The notes under the pieces were generated by a model. The model was not told the DNA's origin and searched no databases. It saw only the letters and a program-made list of their open reading frames with translations. Below are positions 25,862-39,182 of a DNA stretch of 64,000 nucleotides, piece after piece. The position numbers were made by a program, and so were the translations under genes. Numbering within the stretch: position 1 is the stretch's first letter; each line of letters starts with the position of its first letter. Source of the DNA: Eledone cirrhosa (Eukaryota); the NCBI GenBank assembly GCA_964016885.1, contig OZ024740.1:399714001-399778000 (forward strand), given 5' to 3'.

Positions 25862-27357
25862 TAGATCCATGTGCCCCCTCAACAACAGATGCCGAGAACG
25901 TAACGTGATCTACCAGTGCAACGTGAGGACGGACACCTCCAATGAAGCTTATATAGGATTAACCGCTTGTGACTTCAAGACCCGGCTCTACCAACACCGA
26001 CATACTTTCCGGAACCCGGTCTGGCGACATGCCACTACACATTCGGGCCACATCTGGGACCTCAAAGATAATAATATAACCTACAATCTCACTTGGAGCT
26101 TACTGTCCAGAGCTAACTCTTACACGGGAGGACGCCGCCCGTGTAACTTATGCTCGGAGGAAACATTACAAATGCTGTTTTTGAAGGACCAACTCATAAA
26201 CAAGAAAGACGAACTGGTAACCGCATGCAAACACAGATTGCGTAGGACTTACCTCGCCCTAAACCCCATAACGACAACTTGCCGAATAAGTAAGAGGAAA
26301 CCCCTGCTTACATAGGTAGACGTACCTCTTTTCTTTTCCTCTACGTTTCCTTCTTCCCCCGTCTCATTCTATTACTTCCTTCCACCCCCGATCTTCTTCC
26401 TCGTCTGTCTTTCCCCTTTCTCCTATCCCGATGCAGCCCATCGGTCCTCTGTAGCCTCAGTACCCCCACCCCTGTAATTTTAAGATAGAATTGGCCGATT
26501 ACGCTTTACTAACTATTTATAGCAGATGTGTTAGACCCCTGTAATTTCTTCTTTTTTGTTACTACTCAAATTCTACAATTTCAATATTTCTTATTTAGTA
26601 TTTTCTTTTCTCAACTTATTAACTTGTAATTGTAAGATAGCATTGGCTGATTACGCTTTACTAACTATTTATAGCAGCTGTGTTAGACCCCCTGAAAAGT
26701 TTGCATTATATTTTTCACTACCCACTTCTACAAGTTCTTATTTAGTATTTTCCATTCTCTACGTATTAAACTTTTCTATAGCTTTGCCGTACTAGCAACA
26801 CCTACTAATTATAGCAGGTGTTTCTAGACTCTACTGTATTTTATTTATTTATTTTTTAAAATTAATTTCTCACTATCTAATTTTTATATATATATATATT
26901 TATATTTTCATTGTCTTCGACTTACTTATTCTTTAAACTCTCCTCCTCCTTTTCTCCAGAACAATTTTTCGACTTTCCATACACTATCCTTAGAATCTGC
27001 TGTATAGATTTCACTTTCAACGCCTGACTGGCTTTACTCATTCCTTCTTTGTTTTACCGGCAAGTTCAGCCACCCCTACCTCCCACCAAATGCCATGACA
27101 GATCTATTTGTCTTTACAACAAATTTTGACTAATCCTCTTAACAATTACAATCTTCCCATATAAGGAAGTACTCCTTGATAAGTTCGGCTATTTATTTAC
27201 CAGGCTAAAAATTCTAATTTAGTCCAGAAATAGCCGTCGAAACGGCTTGAGCTCTGCCGTCGGGGTCGTACCTTTTCCTATTACCCACTCTACTACCATA
27301 AGTATTGAGTACTCTGGTGCGTTATGGTCCACCTGGTTCCTTACCACAATTCCTTCG

Positions 27358-27360
<3 letters not shown>
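25862..27360 (+). mobile_element. 5'-truncated PLE: GIY-YIG end (25869-26315), long 3' UTR, HHR-like motif and tail
   Basis: CPLNNRC..VIYQC..YIG..FKTRLYQH..CNLC..CKH; ~70 bp direct repeat at ~26470 and ~26625; degenerate HHR at 27169-27254; ends in (TA)n. Confidence 0.88.
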
Positions 27361-27394
<34 letters not shown>

Positions 27395-27952
27395 CCAAAG
27401 TGGATTCTTTTAATAGAAATTAGAACACGTGTTTCGCTATATTTGTTGATTGGTAGAACCAGAAAGCAGAATTCCCTTCATACTGAAAGTAGCTGAGATT
27501 GTCATGAATCAATTCCATTCTCCAATGCCCAACCACTCTACCAATTCTATATTTGTTATGTATATTTTCCCTCCATCATTTAACGTTTCTTTGAGTTTTT
27601 GCATTGGCTAATTTCAGATACCTAATTGATTCTCAAACTAAACTCGGTGAAGAATATATCTGCAGTATGTTCCCTTTTGAGAACCAAAAGAGAAAGATGT
27701 TATCAATTTTAAAAACAGTAAGATATATGTTTGTATACTTGTTTGTTTATTTTTATTTATAAATATAATTAAAATATTGATTTCTCTAAACATTGATGCC
27801 TTACAATATTAGCAAAAGGCCACATTTCAAAGACAGGGAAATAGTCGATTGAGATTAGTGTTCTCATAGTGTGTGTAATCACCAACAACAATACTTCCTC
27901 ACCCTAACTGAACCTAATAGGCGCAGCCACCTCATTTTCTGTTAGCTGCATA

Positions 27953-28084
<132 letters not shown>

Positions 28085-28121
28085 ATTAAATAAATGGAAA
28101 CTATATTTATAAAACCATATT

Positions 28122-28187
28122 TATTTCGTTATATATATTTCAGGGATATCATATTAACAATATGTTATGCCATCTTCAGACAAAATA
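28122..28187 (-). ncRNA. type I hammerhead, 31-nt stem II
   Basis: TATTTTGT-CTGAAGA-TGGCATAACATATTGTTAATATGATATCCCT-GAAA-TATATA-TA-ACGAAATA, inside a ~215 bp island between TA tracts. Confidence 0.7.
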
Positions 28188-28293
28188 CAATATAAACAGT
28201 CTTATAAATAAATAGATACGACATACCTTTCAATCACCTTGCATTTGTGAGGTTGATTTGTGAGGTTGATTATAACAATTTAAATATAACTTT

Positions 28294-28364
<71 letters not shown>

Positions 28365-28369
<5 letters not shown>

Positions 28370-28993
28370 AGGGTTGACGGACCCAGCATATTTCTCAATG
28401 CCAGTACCGGTTGTATCTCAGCGCACTCAATGGCCAATGTAAGATACATTACCAGAGTATACACATAGTTATTTGCCTCAACACAACACACGTAAAACGG
28501 GTACCTATAAGGTTCCCGGATCGGAGTTTCTGCCGCACTAAAGCAGCAGTAAGGTGCACTGCACCATCTGTCTGCATATATTATGCAACAATGCACAATC
28601 GGCTTATGCGGCTTCATCAGCGGGTATCGCCTAATCAATAACCAATCGATCGACAGAATCCAAACACCGGCCCATGCCGGTCATGACTGTTTGTGACAAC
28701 CGACACGGTAAAGCAGCTGGCACCCAATAGGACACTATCTCTCAATTAGCCACTGATTTACAAATTTTACGTGGGAACGGAAAGCTAAAAAGAATCAAGC
28801 TTTTAGTTCCTGTCAGAAGCCCTCAGCCAACGTGTCTCACACACAAATTATCAAGGGGTGAAAAGATGGCTATTAGAAATAGCAGTTCACATTGATATAA
28901 AATAGAATGGTAGCATTCGGTTCATGTCTCCAAGCCCCATGGCTAGAGGAAAGCGATGGTAACAATGGTAGTGCCAAGAACCTTTAACGGACT
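28365..28993 (-). mobile_element. non-coding PLE 3' fragment or non-autonomous element
   Basis: HHR-like motif at 28515-28624; terminal 44 nt match the 3' end of the PLE at 63031-63075; TA flanks. Confidence 0.7.
28515..28624 (-). ncRNA. hammerhead-like motif with 83-nt stem II region
   Basis: CCCG-CTGATGA-A-GCCGCA...TGCGGC-A-GAAA-CTCCGA-TC-CGGG; stem III weak. Confidence 0.55.
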
Positions 28994-29005
28994 ATATATT
29001 ATATA

Positions 29006-29053
<48 letters not shown>

Positions 29054-29116
29054 TATATAATATATAGTCCGTTAAAGGTTCTTGGCACAACCATTGTTAC
29101 CATCGCTTTCTTCTAT

Positions 29117-29182
<66 letters not shown>

Positions 29183-29183
29183 T

Positions 29184-29721
29184 ATGAATATAGACATAGA
29201 ATATTCGAAAATATTCTGTATGTTTATAATAAGAATGAAACGCGTAGATTACTTCCCTTGCTTTTATCGCGAATCTAATTGTAATACGTGACGTATTCTA
29301 TTCTATAGCGATTAGGTCTTCAAAATGTTTATTATAAACATACAGAATATTTTCGAATATTCTATGTCTATATTCACATATATATCGCTATTTCAGAGCA
29401 TTTATTCCAATTTCTAATTTCTGCCGGACCGGCAACCGCTCTTTCAAACCAGTTCCTGTACACAGCTAAGTATTCTATAAGTCTCTAGCTGTGTCATTCT
29501 CGATAAAAGCACTGGATATGTAGTCCTGAAGATTTCTAATAAGAATGAAACGCGTAGATTACTTCCCTTGCTTTTATCGAGAATCTAATTGTAATACGTG
29601 ACGTATTCTATTCTATAGCGATTAGGTCTTCAAAATGATTATTATAAACATACAGAATATTTTCGAATATTCTATCTCTATATTCACATATATATCGCTA
29701 TTTCAGAGCATTTATTCCAAT
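29184..29721 (+). mobile_element. retrozyme-like non-coding element: 310-bp partial tandem with 5' inverted fragment
   Basis: 29228-29411 is repeated at 29538-29721; 29184-29231 is inverted to 29329-29376; 35-nt tail; TA flanks. Confidence 0.8.
29520..29562 (+). ncRNA. minimal type I hammerhead
   Basis: GTAGTC-CTGAAGA-TTTCT-AATA-AGAAT-GAAAC-GC-GTA-GATTAC; palindromic ACGCGT at stem III. Confidence 0.8.
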
Positions 29722-29731
29722 ATATATTATA

Positions 29732-29818
<87 letters not shown>

Positions 29819-29819
29819 T

Positions 29820-29855
<36 letters not shown>

Positions 29856-30018
29856 GATATATATATGATATATATATTATATATATACGATATATATATG
29901 ATAAATATATGATATATATATATGAAATATATATGATATATATATATATATATATAATATATATATATATGATATATATATATGATTTATATGATATATA
30001 TAAGATATATATATATGA

Positions 30019-30070
<52 letters not shown>

Positions 30071-30081
30071 ACATATATATG

Positions 30082-30128
<47 letters not shown>

Positions 30129-30278
30129 ATACCATATACCATGAATAGGAAAATCTGCTTCGAGTATATATGATATATATATATATGATATATATATATA
30201 TATGATATATATATATATAAGATATATATATATAAGATATATGATATATATAAGATATATATATGATATATATGTATA

Positions 30279-30312
<34 letters not shown>

Positions 30313-30316
<4 letters not shown>

Positions 30317-30546
30317 AGTATAACTTGGAGTTACTGCAGGTTCACCCGAGAGAGCACTCGATGTTTAGGTTCACTTCTGTGTTGAGGTGTAATATATTGA
30401 AAGGATAACAAGGACAATTGGTTACTCCTTTATTACATTTATTGTTAGATGACGCGCGTTTCTCCACTGATAAGCTCAACGTTCGATCTGTATCGATCTT
30501 ACCCGACTCAATAATCGGCAGCTCGATGGACCCTTTAAAATGCTAT

Positions 30547-30601
<55 letters not shown>

Positions 30602-30860
30602 TAAAAGGACATTAGGAAAATCTACTTCGTAGAATCAAGATGTATCTAAGGACCTTACGATTTTCAGAGTCAGGTTCGATCATCAAATCGATCGCGCCGC
30701 GAGCTGGTCACCAGAGAAAGGATTGTAATATATCCAATAAATTCCATTCGTCGCAACACTGATTCTCTTTTTTTCTGTGATACCATACTCTGCTCTATGA
30801 GATCATCGAGTGCTCAAACGGCCTACCGCATACGGACGCTTTAAGCATCCAACACCAATT
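30313..30860. mobile_element. two probable PLE 3'-end fragments, 30313-30545 (-) and 30597-30860 (+)
   Basis: Both carry CATCGAGTGCTC 49-55 nt from their outer ends; the first has GAAAC-GCGC-GTC, the 3' half of an HHR; TA flanks. Confidence 0.5.
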
Positions 30861-30880
30861 ATATATGATATAAATATATA

Positions 30881-30968
<88 letters not shown>

Positions 30969-31094
30969 GATATATGATATAAATATATATATATGATACA
31001 AATATATATATATGATGTATATATATATATATCTTATATATATATACGGACGCTTTAAGCATCCAACACCAATTATATATGATATAAATATATA

Positions 31095-31178
<84 letters not shown>

Positions 31179-31308
31179 GATATATGATATAAATATATAT
31201 ATATGATACAAATATATATATATGATGTATATATATATATATCTTATATATATATACGGACGCTTTAAGCATCCAACACCAATTATATATACAGTATATA
31301 TATGTATA

Positions 31309-31397
<89 letters not shown>

Positions 31398-31489
31398 CAT
31401 ATATATATATATATATGTATATGATTATATATATATATATGTATATATATGTATATGGTATATATATATATATATATATGATATGTATA

Positions 31490-31538
<49 letters not shown>

Positions 31539-32385
31539 TAAACAAATAATGAATAAACAATTCCTTATATTAAACAAAAAAAGTTCATTATTTAACGATC
31601 GTTTCTAGGATATATATGTGTTAGAATTGGCATGCATATTCAACAGATCTATGTACAAAATTATACAAAATTATACAAACTATCAAGATTAAATATACAT
31701 ACCAACACATATATACGCCGTCTTCAGAAATAATGAAGTATATTTATTGATAATAACAACAATTCAAAAATTCAGGTCCGTTTGGGAACAAAATTGACCA
31801 ATGAAAACACAAAGGGTTAAATGCAGTTCGGTGTGTGTATATACATGTAAAACCCTTACACATATTTTACAAAAATGTATGTATAATTTGTATACGCATA
31901 CTAAAAGGATGGATGCAAATACAAAATTTCAAGGTTAATGTCTCTGTAAGTTTATAATGTACAGATAAGATGCGTATTGACACACAAATATGAAAATAAG
32001 TATATAAATATATTTTTTCATACTCACACATATCCGTACAATCACACATACACGCGCGTATATGCATAAATATACACATAACCACGAACATACAAACACA
32101 CACACACCCCCACTCACATTTATATATGTGGATATAAAATCATAAGCACATGGATATTAATTCACTCACATAAACACTGGCACACACATTTTTAGATCAA
32201 GATACAGAAATTAGGTGGGAGGGGGGGGGGAGGTCAGTATTCAACGGTCTGAGCAGACTGCCTAATATAGATGTATCTATAAACTAAGAAAATAAAAAAT
32301 AAAAAATAAATAATAAATAAACATTAAAGAGGAAAGAATAGAAAGAAAAAAGAAAAAAGAAAAAAGAAAAAAGAAATATATCAAG

Positions 32386-32433
<48 letters not shown>

Positions 32434-32628
32434 CATATATATATATATATATACACACACATATATATATAATATACATATATATACACATAGACACACA
32501 CACACACATACACATATACAAACACATATATACATATACACACATCCACACTAAGAACATACATACACACACATATATAAACATATACATATACACACAT
32601 ACATACATATACACATATACATACAAAT

Positions 32629-32677
<49 letters not shown>

Positions 32678-33013
32678 TATGTATATACACGTACATATAC
32701 ACACACATATACATATAATCACACATACTATATAGACACACATATATATAACCACACACATACATGCACATATACAACACTTACATACTAATATATATAC
32801 AGATATACACATACATAGCTATATATACACACAAATATATACAGACTTACATATATACATACAGACAAATACTTACGCATCTATATATCGGTATATACAT
32901 ACAAACACCACTACACTATCACACAACTTAGACATACAAAGAGAAAGGTATATACCTATACACACATACATATACAAATAGAAAAACATATAGATATATA
33001 TATATATATATAT

Positions 33014-33072
<59 letters not shown>

Positions 33073-33311
33073 CACATACATATACACATACACACACATA
33101 CACATACACACACATACATACATGTACACACACATAGAAATATATACGCATACACACATACACACATACATATAAAGTCATACACACACATACACCTACA
33201 CGAACATACACATACACATATATAAAGATATATATACACACACACACACACACAACACATACACACACACACATATATATAAAAAAAATAATAAATAATA
33301 AAGATATATAC

Positions 33312-33366
<55 letters not shown>

Positions 33367-33731
33367 CATATATATATATACACACACATACATACACACA
33401 TACATAGACATACATGTACATACATACACGTACATCGATATACATACATATATATATATACACACATAGACATATACATACATACATACACAACTTACAT
33501 ACACACATATATATACATGTATATTCATACATAGAATTAGATATATAATCATACATACATATGCACTTACTTATACTCATATATACAAATACATACGCAT
33601 CCATATAAGCGTATATACATAAAAACACCACTACAACCTCACCTAACTCAGACATACAAATAAAAATAAAAAGGCATATGTATATACATATATACACGCA
33701 TTAATAGAGATATATATATACATACATATAC

Positions 33732-33766
<35 letters not shown>

Positions 33767-34008
33767 CACACATACATTCATATATATATATATAGATACC
33801 CACACACACATACCACCATAAATACACCTACAAACACCCACATATACATATATATACACACGTATATATATATATATATATATACACACACATAAAAAAC
33901 AGACATGCACATATATATATATTTTTTTACACTTATATATACACATATTATATACACATACACAACCTCACATATACACACATACACATAAGTTATATTA
34001 TAATAATA

Positions 34009-34047
<39 letters not shown>

Positions 34048-34132
34048 CATATATATATATATATATACACATAAACATATACATACATATATACACACAT
34101 ACGAATATAGACATATATTCACACATAGACAC

Positions 34133-34169
<37 letters not shown>

Positions 34170-34385
34170 TACATATACACAGACACATATACACACTCAC
34201 ATATATATGTGTGTGCACACACACATATATACACACATACACACATATACACATAAACACATATATGTGCATACATGCACACACACACACATATATCCAC
34301 ATAGATACGAAGATAGACATATAAATAGAGAGACATACATATATATACAACACACATACACACACATACATACACACACATATAC

Positions 34386-34419
<34 letters not shown>

Positions 34420-35814
34420 CTATATATACATATATACATACATATATATATATACATACATATACATACATACACATACACATACACACATTCACATACA
34501 CATACATATATACATGCATATATACACATATATACATACACACACACACTCATATATACACACACAATCTTACATTCATATTTGCATGCGCATATATGTA
34601 TTTTTATATTCAGATATAAATACCCAAACCTATATAGACACCTACCTACATATATATTCATACATACACGCTTACAAATACAGATGATAATAGTATGGGG
34701 GAAAGGGGGGGTTTGGAGAAGGGGATCATAGTAAATATATGTTTCAAGAAACATAGAATATTTTCCGTATCTTGATCCAATGTATGTTTTTACATAGTTT
34801 CAGTGTTAGGAAATACAATAAACAAGAACTAAGGCAAAATCTATGCATCTCAAAATAAACAAGTATACCATTAATTATATGTTAACTAAACCAAAGATAG
34901 TTATCATATTGATTTCTAAGGTGTAAATTAGTTAGGTTTATAATATTTGAAGCAGAATTTTGAAGTTAAATAGTAGTAGAGTATTAATTATAGTATAACT
35001 AAATTAAAGTTAATAACGTTATGGTATCAATATTAGGAAATGAATTTAGTAATAGGGAAAAAACAAATAAAATAAAGTATTACATCGGTAGTAGAATATA
35101 AATTATAGGTTAACTAAATTAAAAATTATATATTTATTTCTATAGTATATGTTAATTAGGTATATAATACATAAAACAGATATTGTATTTTATCAATAGC
35201 AGAATATAATTATATGCAAATAGAAATCAAAATTAATACATATACATATACATATACATACATATATACATATATATACACATATATATATATATACATA
35301 TATACACATATACATACACACACACATACACATACACATATACATATACATATTTTTTTCAAAAAATTGCATAGAATATATTAACTAGGTATATATCCAA
35401 AACACATCCCATTCTATGATTACATGACATTCTGCAATTCGTCTGTATAAGGATACTAATTTTAAGCAAATTAAAATTAAATTTTTAGGTTGATTAAAAT
35501 TAAAACCAAATTATAAATATATTTCTAAAATGTATATTAATTAGGTCTATAATACTAAAAATTATTTCTCTGTCATTGGATACACGATATTATTTTGTTA
35601 TATTTTATATGTAAAAGAATTATAATAAAAGGTTTAAATAAATTAAAATTAATCTATAAATTAAATTACTAAGTATATATTAGTAATATTTAAAGGTTTT
35701 TCACAATTTATGATTACATAATATTTTATATTCTCATCTGTAATAAAATTTTAATTAAATTAAATTTATAGGTTAACTAACATTTAAATTAAATTAATTT
35801 CTAAAATAATGTTA

Positions 35815-37488
35815 TTAATTAGGTTTATAATATTTAAATGTTTTTTTTAGTTTATGATTACACGATATAATTAATTCCTGTCGTTTATTTAATAAGATAT
35901 CCTTAGACTTCATTATTTCAAATAGTTCTTGGGAACATAATCTACATTCATTTCTATTATTTTGATAAGGGGTGGCTCTTTTGAGCACACTCCAGGTCAA
36001 ATCATATTCTATATTCTTATTTTTATAACTATTGATTTTTTCTGCTAGAGATGTTGTATTAGCCAGTGCGGCATTTTTAAAACTATGCTTGTGGGTATTA
36101 AACCTTGTCTTAAAATTGTTAGAGGTAGCTCCTATATATGAGCAAATAGAATCTTTAGTTTTAACATTACATTTATAGACTATGTTGTTAACAAGACAAT
36201 TCCCTTTTAATGGGCAGTTTGCTTTGTTTCTACAGTTACATCCTTTCGTTAATTCTGTATTTGAGGAGATATTATGGTTAATTTGATGTACTGGTGGTAT
36301 ACTTATGGTTTTCTTACATTTATATGCATTATAGGCACTTATATTTTGTTTTATGTTATTTGTTGTAGAGTATGAGAATTTAACTGTAGACCTATTTAAG
36401 ATTTGATGGTATTTGTGGTTTGGCGGGAAGTTTTTCTCAAGGATATAAAAAAATTTTTTAGCAATATTATCCTTAACTTGTAAATTAAAAGGAGCATTAT
36501 ACCAAGTAACCCGTCTATTACGGTTTCTATGTTGTTTATTATTTTTATTATTTTTATAGGTTGTATCGTGATTTTTACTAGGAGGATTGATGTTAATGAT
36601 CTCACCACAACCATTTTTAGTTATATTTGTAGATTTAGGTGTTTTATCCTTTTTATTAGGAGTTTTATTATTAATATTTATTAGAGTTGTATGATGAGTA
36701 GTTTTTTGAGAGTTACTATACTTTATATTAGAAGATTTGGTATTTTGGGGTATAGTGTGGGTGGCATTTAGGTGTGTACTTTTCATTTGGTGTTTGTTGG
36801 TAATATTATGTTGTATGCTTTCAGTATTTTTAGTAGAAGGTATATACTCTAATCTATTTTTGTGGCCACTTCTATCTAGAGCTTCGTTATAGAAGGTCGC
36901 ATTTTTATCAAATACATCTTGGTTAGAAGAAAGGTTAGAAATTCTAAGTGATATATTATATGCAAGGTTTTTAAGGATAGATTTAGGGTGATTAGATTGT
37001 GAGTGTATGTAATGTAAGTTTTGGTTAGGTTTATGGTAAGGTTGGTAGATACCCGTAGCTAAATCTAAAGTTATATCTAGGAAATTTACTACTTTACTTG
37101 TTTTTTCAAAAGTAATATTAAGATTATAATAGTCTTTAAGGAAAGTTCTAATATGTTTTTTGTTTTTTTCAATTTCTGAAAGGCTAAGGTTGTTAGAAAG
37201 AAGAAGACAGTCATCACGATATAAACCACCTTTGAGGTGGGGAAAAGAGGCATTTATGTTGAAAAGGAGAAAGAGGCCCACAAGATCAGTAATTTGGGCG
37301 GAATCGCTTGAACCCATAGTAATATCAAAAAGATTACTATATGTGTTTCTGGTCCAGTATTCATTCTGAAATTCAATAAGTGTTAGTCTAGCATGTGTAA
37401 TAATATTAATGTCATCCAAAGTTAAGTTAGATCTATTTTTAGCAAATATCAATGCTTTGTTCAGGAGTATAGGTGATATAGAAGAATA
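35815..37488 (-). CDS. 5'-truncated PLE RT-GIY-YIG ORF (left arm)
   Basis: Uninterrupted frame: MGSSDSA, YRDD, FLDITLDL, CNCx5Cx5C, IVY..YIG, CRLC, CNH; lacks RT N-terminus. Confidence 0.9.
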   Translation of the reverse strand, partial: YSSISPILLNKALIFAKNRSNLTLDDINIITHARLTLIEFQNEYWTRNTYSNLFDITMGSSDSAQITDLVGLFLLFNINASFPHLKGGLYRDDCLLLSNNLSLSEIEKNKKHIRTFLKDYYNLNITFEKTSKVVNFLDITLDLATGIYQPYHKPNQNLHYIHSQSNHPKSILKNLAYNISLRISNLSSNQDVFDKNATFYNEALDRSGHKNRLEYIPSTKNTESIQHNITNKHQMKSTHLNATHTIPQNTKSSNIKYSNSQKTTHHTTLININNKTPNKKDKTPKSTNITKNGCGEIININPPSKNHDTTYKNNKNNKQHRNRNRRVTWYNAPFNLQVKDNIAKKFFYILEKNFPPNHKYHQILNRSTVKFSYSTTNNIKQNISAYNAYKCKKTISIPPVHQINHNISSNTELTKGCNCRNKANCPLKGNCLVNNIVYKCNVKTKDSICSYIGATSNNFKTRFNTHKHSFKNAALANTTSLAEKINSYKNKNIEYDLTWSVLKRATPYQNNRNECRLCSQELFEIMKSKDILLNKRQELIISCNHKLKKTFKYYKPN

Positions 37489-37493
37489 TAGGT

Positions 37494-39182
37494 GATATAG
37501 ATAATTACTATTCTTCTATATCACCTATACTCCTGAACAAAGCATTGATATTTGCTAAAAATAGATCTAACTTAACTTTGGATGACATTAATATTATTAC
37601 ACATGCTAGACTAACACTTATTGAATTTCAGAATGAATACTGGACCAGAAACACATATAGTAATCTTTTTGATATTACTATGGGTTCAAGCGATTCCGCC
37701 CAAATTACTGATCTTGTGGGCCTCTTTCTCCTTTTCAGCATAAATGCCTCTTTTCCCCACCTCAAAGGTGGTTTATATCGTGATGACTGTCTTCTTCTTT
37801 CTAACAACCTTAGCCTTTCAGAAATTGAAAAAAACAAAAAACATATTAGAACTTTCCTTAAAGACTATTATAATCTTAATATTACTTTTGAAAAAACAAG
37901 TAAAGTAGTAAATTTCCTAGATATAACTTTAGATTTAGCTACGGGTATCTACCAACCTTACCATAAACCTAACCAAAACTTACATTACATACACTCACAA
38001 TCTAATCACCCTAAATCTATCCTTAAAAACCTTGCATATAATATATCACTTAGAATTTCTAACCTTTCTTCTAACCAAGATGTATTTGATAAAAATGCGA
38101 CCTTCTATAACGAAGCTCTAGATAGAAGTGGCCACAAAAATAGATTAGAGTATATACCTTCTACTAAAAATACTGAAAGCATACAACATAATATTACCAA
38201 CAAACACCAAATGAAAAGTACACACCTAAATGCCACCCACACTATACCCCAAAATACCAAATCTTCTAATATAAAGTATAGTAACTCTCAAAAAACTACT
38301 CATCATACAACTCTAATAAATATTAATAATAAAACTCCTAATAAAAAGGATAAAACACCTAAATCTACAAATATAACTAAAAATGGTTGTGGTGAGATCA
38401 TTAACATCAATCCTCCTAGTAAAAATCACGATACAACCTATAAAAATAATAAAAATAATAAACAACATAGAAACCGTAATAGACGGGTTACTTGGTATAA
38501 TGCTCCTTTTAATTTACAAGTTAAGGATAATATTGCTAAAAAATTTTTTTATATCCTTGAGAAAAACTTCCCGCCAAACCACAAATACCATCAAATCTTA
38601 AATAGGTCTACAGTTAAATTCTCATACTCTACAACAAATAACATAAAACAAAATATAAGTGCCTATAATGCATATAAATGTAAGAAAACCATAAGTATAC
38701 CACCAGTACATCAAATTAACCATAATATCTCCTCAAATACAGAATTAACGAAAGGATGTAACTGTAGAAACAAAGCAAACTGCCCATTAAAAGGGAATTG
38801 TCTTGTTAACAACATAGTCTATAAATGTAATGTTAAAACTAAAGATTCTATTTGCTCATATATAGGAGCTACCTCTAACAATTTTAAGACAAGGTTTAAT
38901 ACCCACAAGCATAGTTTTAAAAATGCCGCACTGGCTAATACAACATCTCTAGCAGAAAAAATCAATAGTTATAAAAATAAGAATATAGAATATGATTTGA
39001 CCTGGAGTGTGCTCAAAAGAGCCACCCCTTATCAAAATAATAGAAATGAATGTAGATTATGTTCCCAAGAACTATTTGAAATAATGAAGTCTAAGGATAT
39101 CTTATTAAATAAACGACAGGAATTAATTATATCGTGTAATCATAAACTAAAAAAAACATTTAAATATTATAAACCTAATTAA
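37494..39182 (+). CDS. 5'-truncated PLE RT-GIY-YIG ORF (right arm)
   Basis: Frame begins at RT motif A DIDNYYSSISP (37494); differs from left copy by one residue (FSIN vs FNIN); no true start codon. Confidence 0.9.
   Translation, partial: DIDNYYSSISPILLNKALIFAKNRSNLTLDDINIITHARLTLIEFQNEYWTRNTYSNLFDITMGSSDSAQITDLVGLFLLFSINASFPHLKGGLYRDDCLLLSNNLSLSEIEKNKKHIRTFLKDYYNLNITFEKTSKVVNFLDITLDLATGIYQPYHKPNQNLHYIHSQSNHPKSILKNLAYNISLRISNLSSNQDVFDKNATFYNEALDRSGHKNRLEYIPSTKNTESIQHNITNKHQMKSTHLNATHTIPQNTKSSNIKYSNSQKTTHHTTLININNKTPNKKDKTPKSTNITKNGCGEIININPPSKNHDTTYKNNKNNKQHRNRNRRVTWYNAPFNLQVKDNIAKKFFYILEKNFPPNHKYHQILNRSTVKFSYSTTNNIKQNISAYNAYKCKKTISIPPVHQINHNISSNTELTKGCNCRNKANCPLKGNCLVNNIVYKCNVKTKDSICSYIGATSNNFKTRFNTHKHSFKNAALANTTSLAEKINSYKNKNIEYDLTWSVLKRATPYQNNRNECRLCSQELFEIMKSKDILLNKRQELIISCNHKLKKTFKYYKPN

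Noticed and set aside
29635-34754. Many long ORFs rich in YI/CV/HT (also 40249-42734, 45880-46532, 51444-52094 and elsewhere)
   Set aside because: Translations of TA/TG/CA microsatellites that lack stop codons; no protein signal
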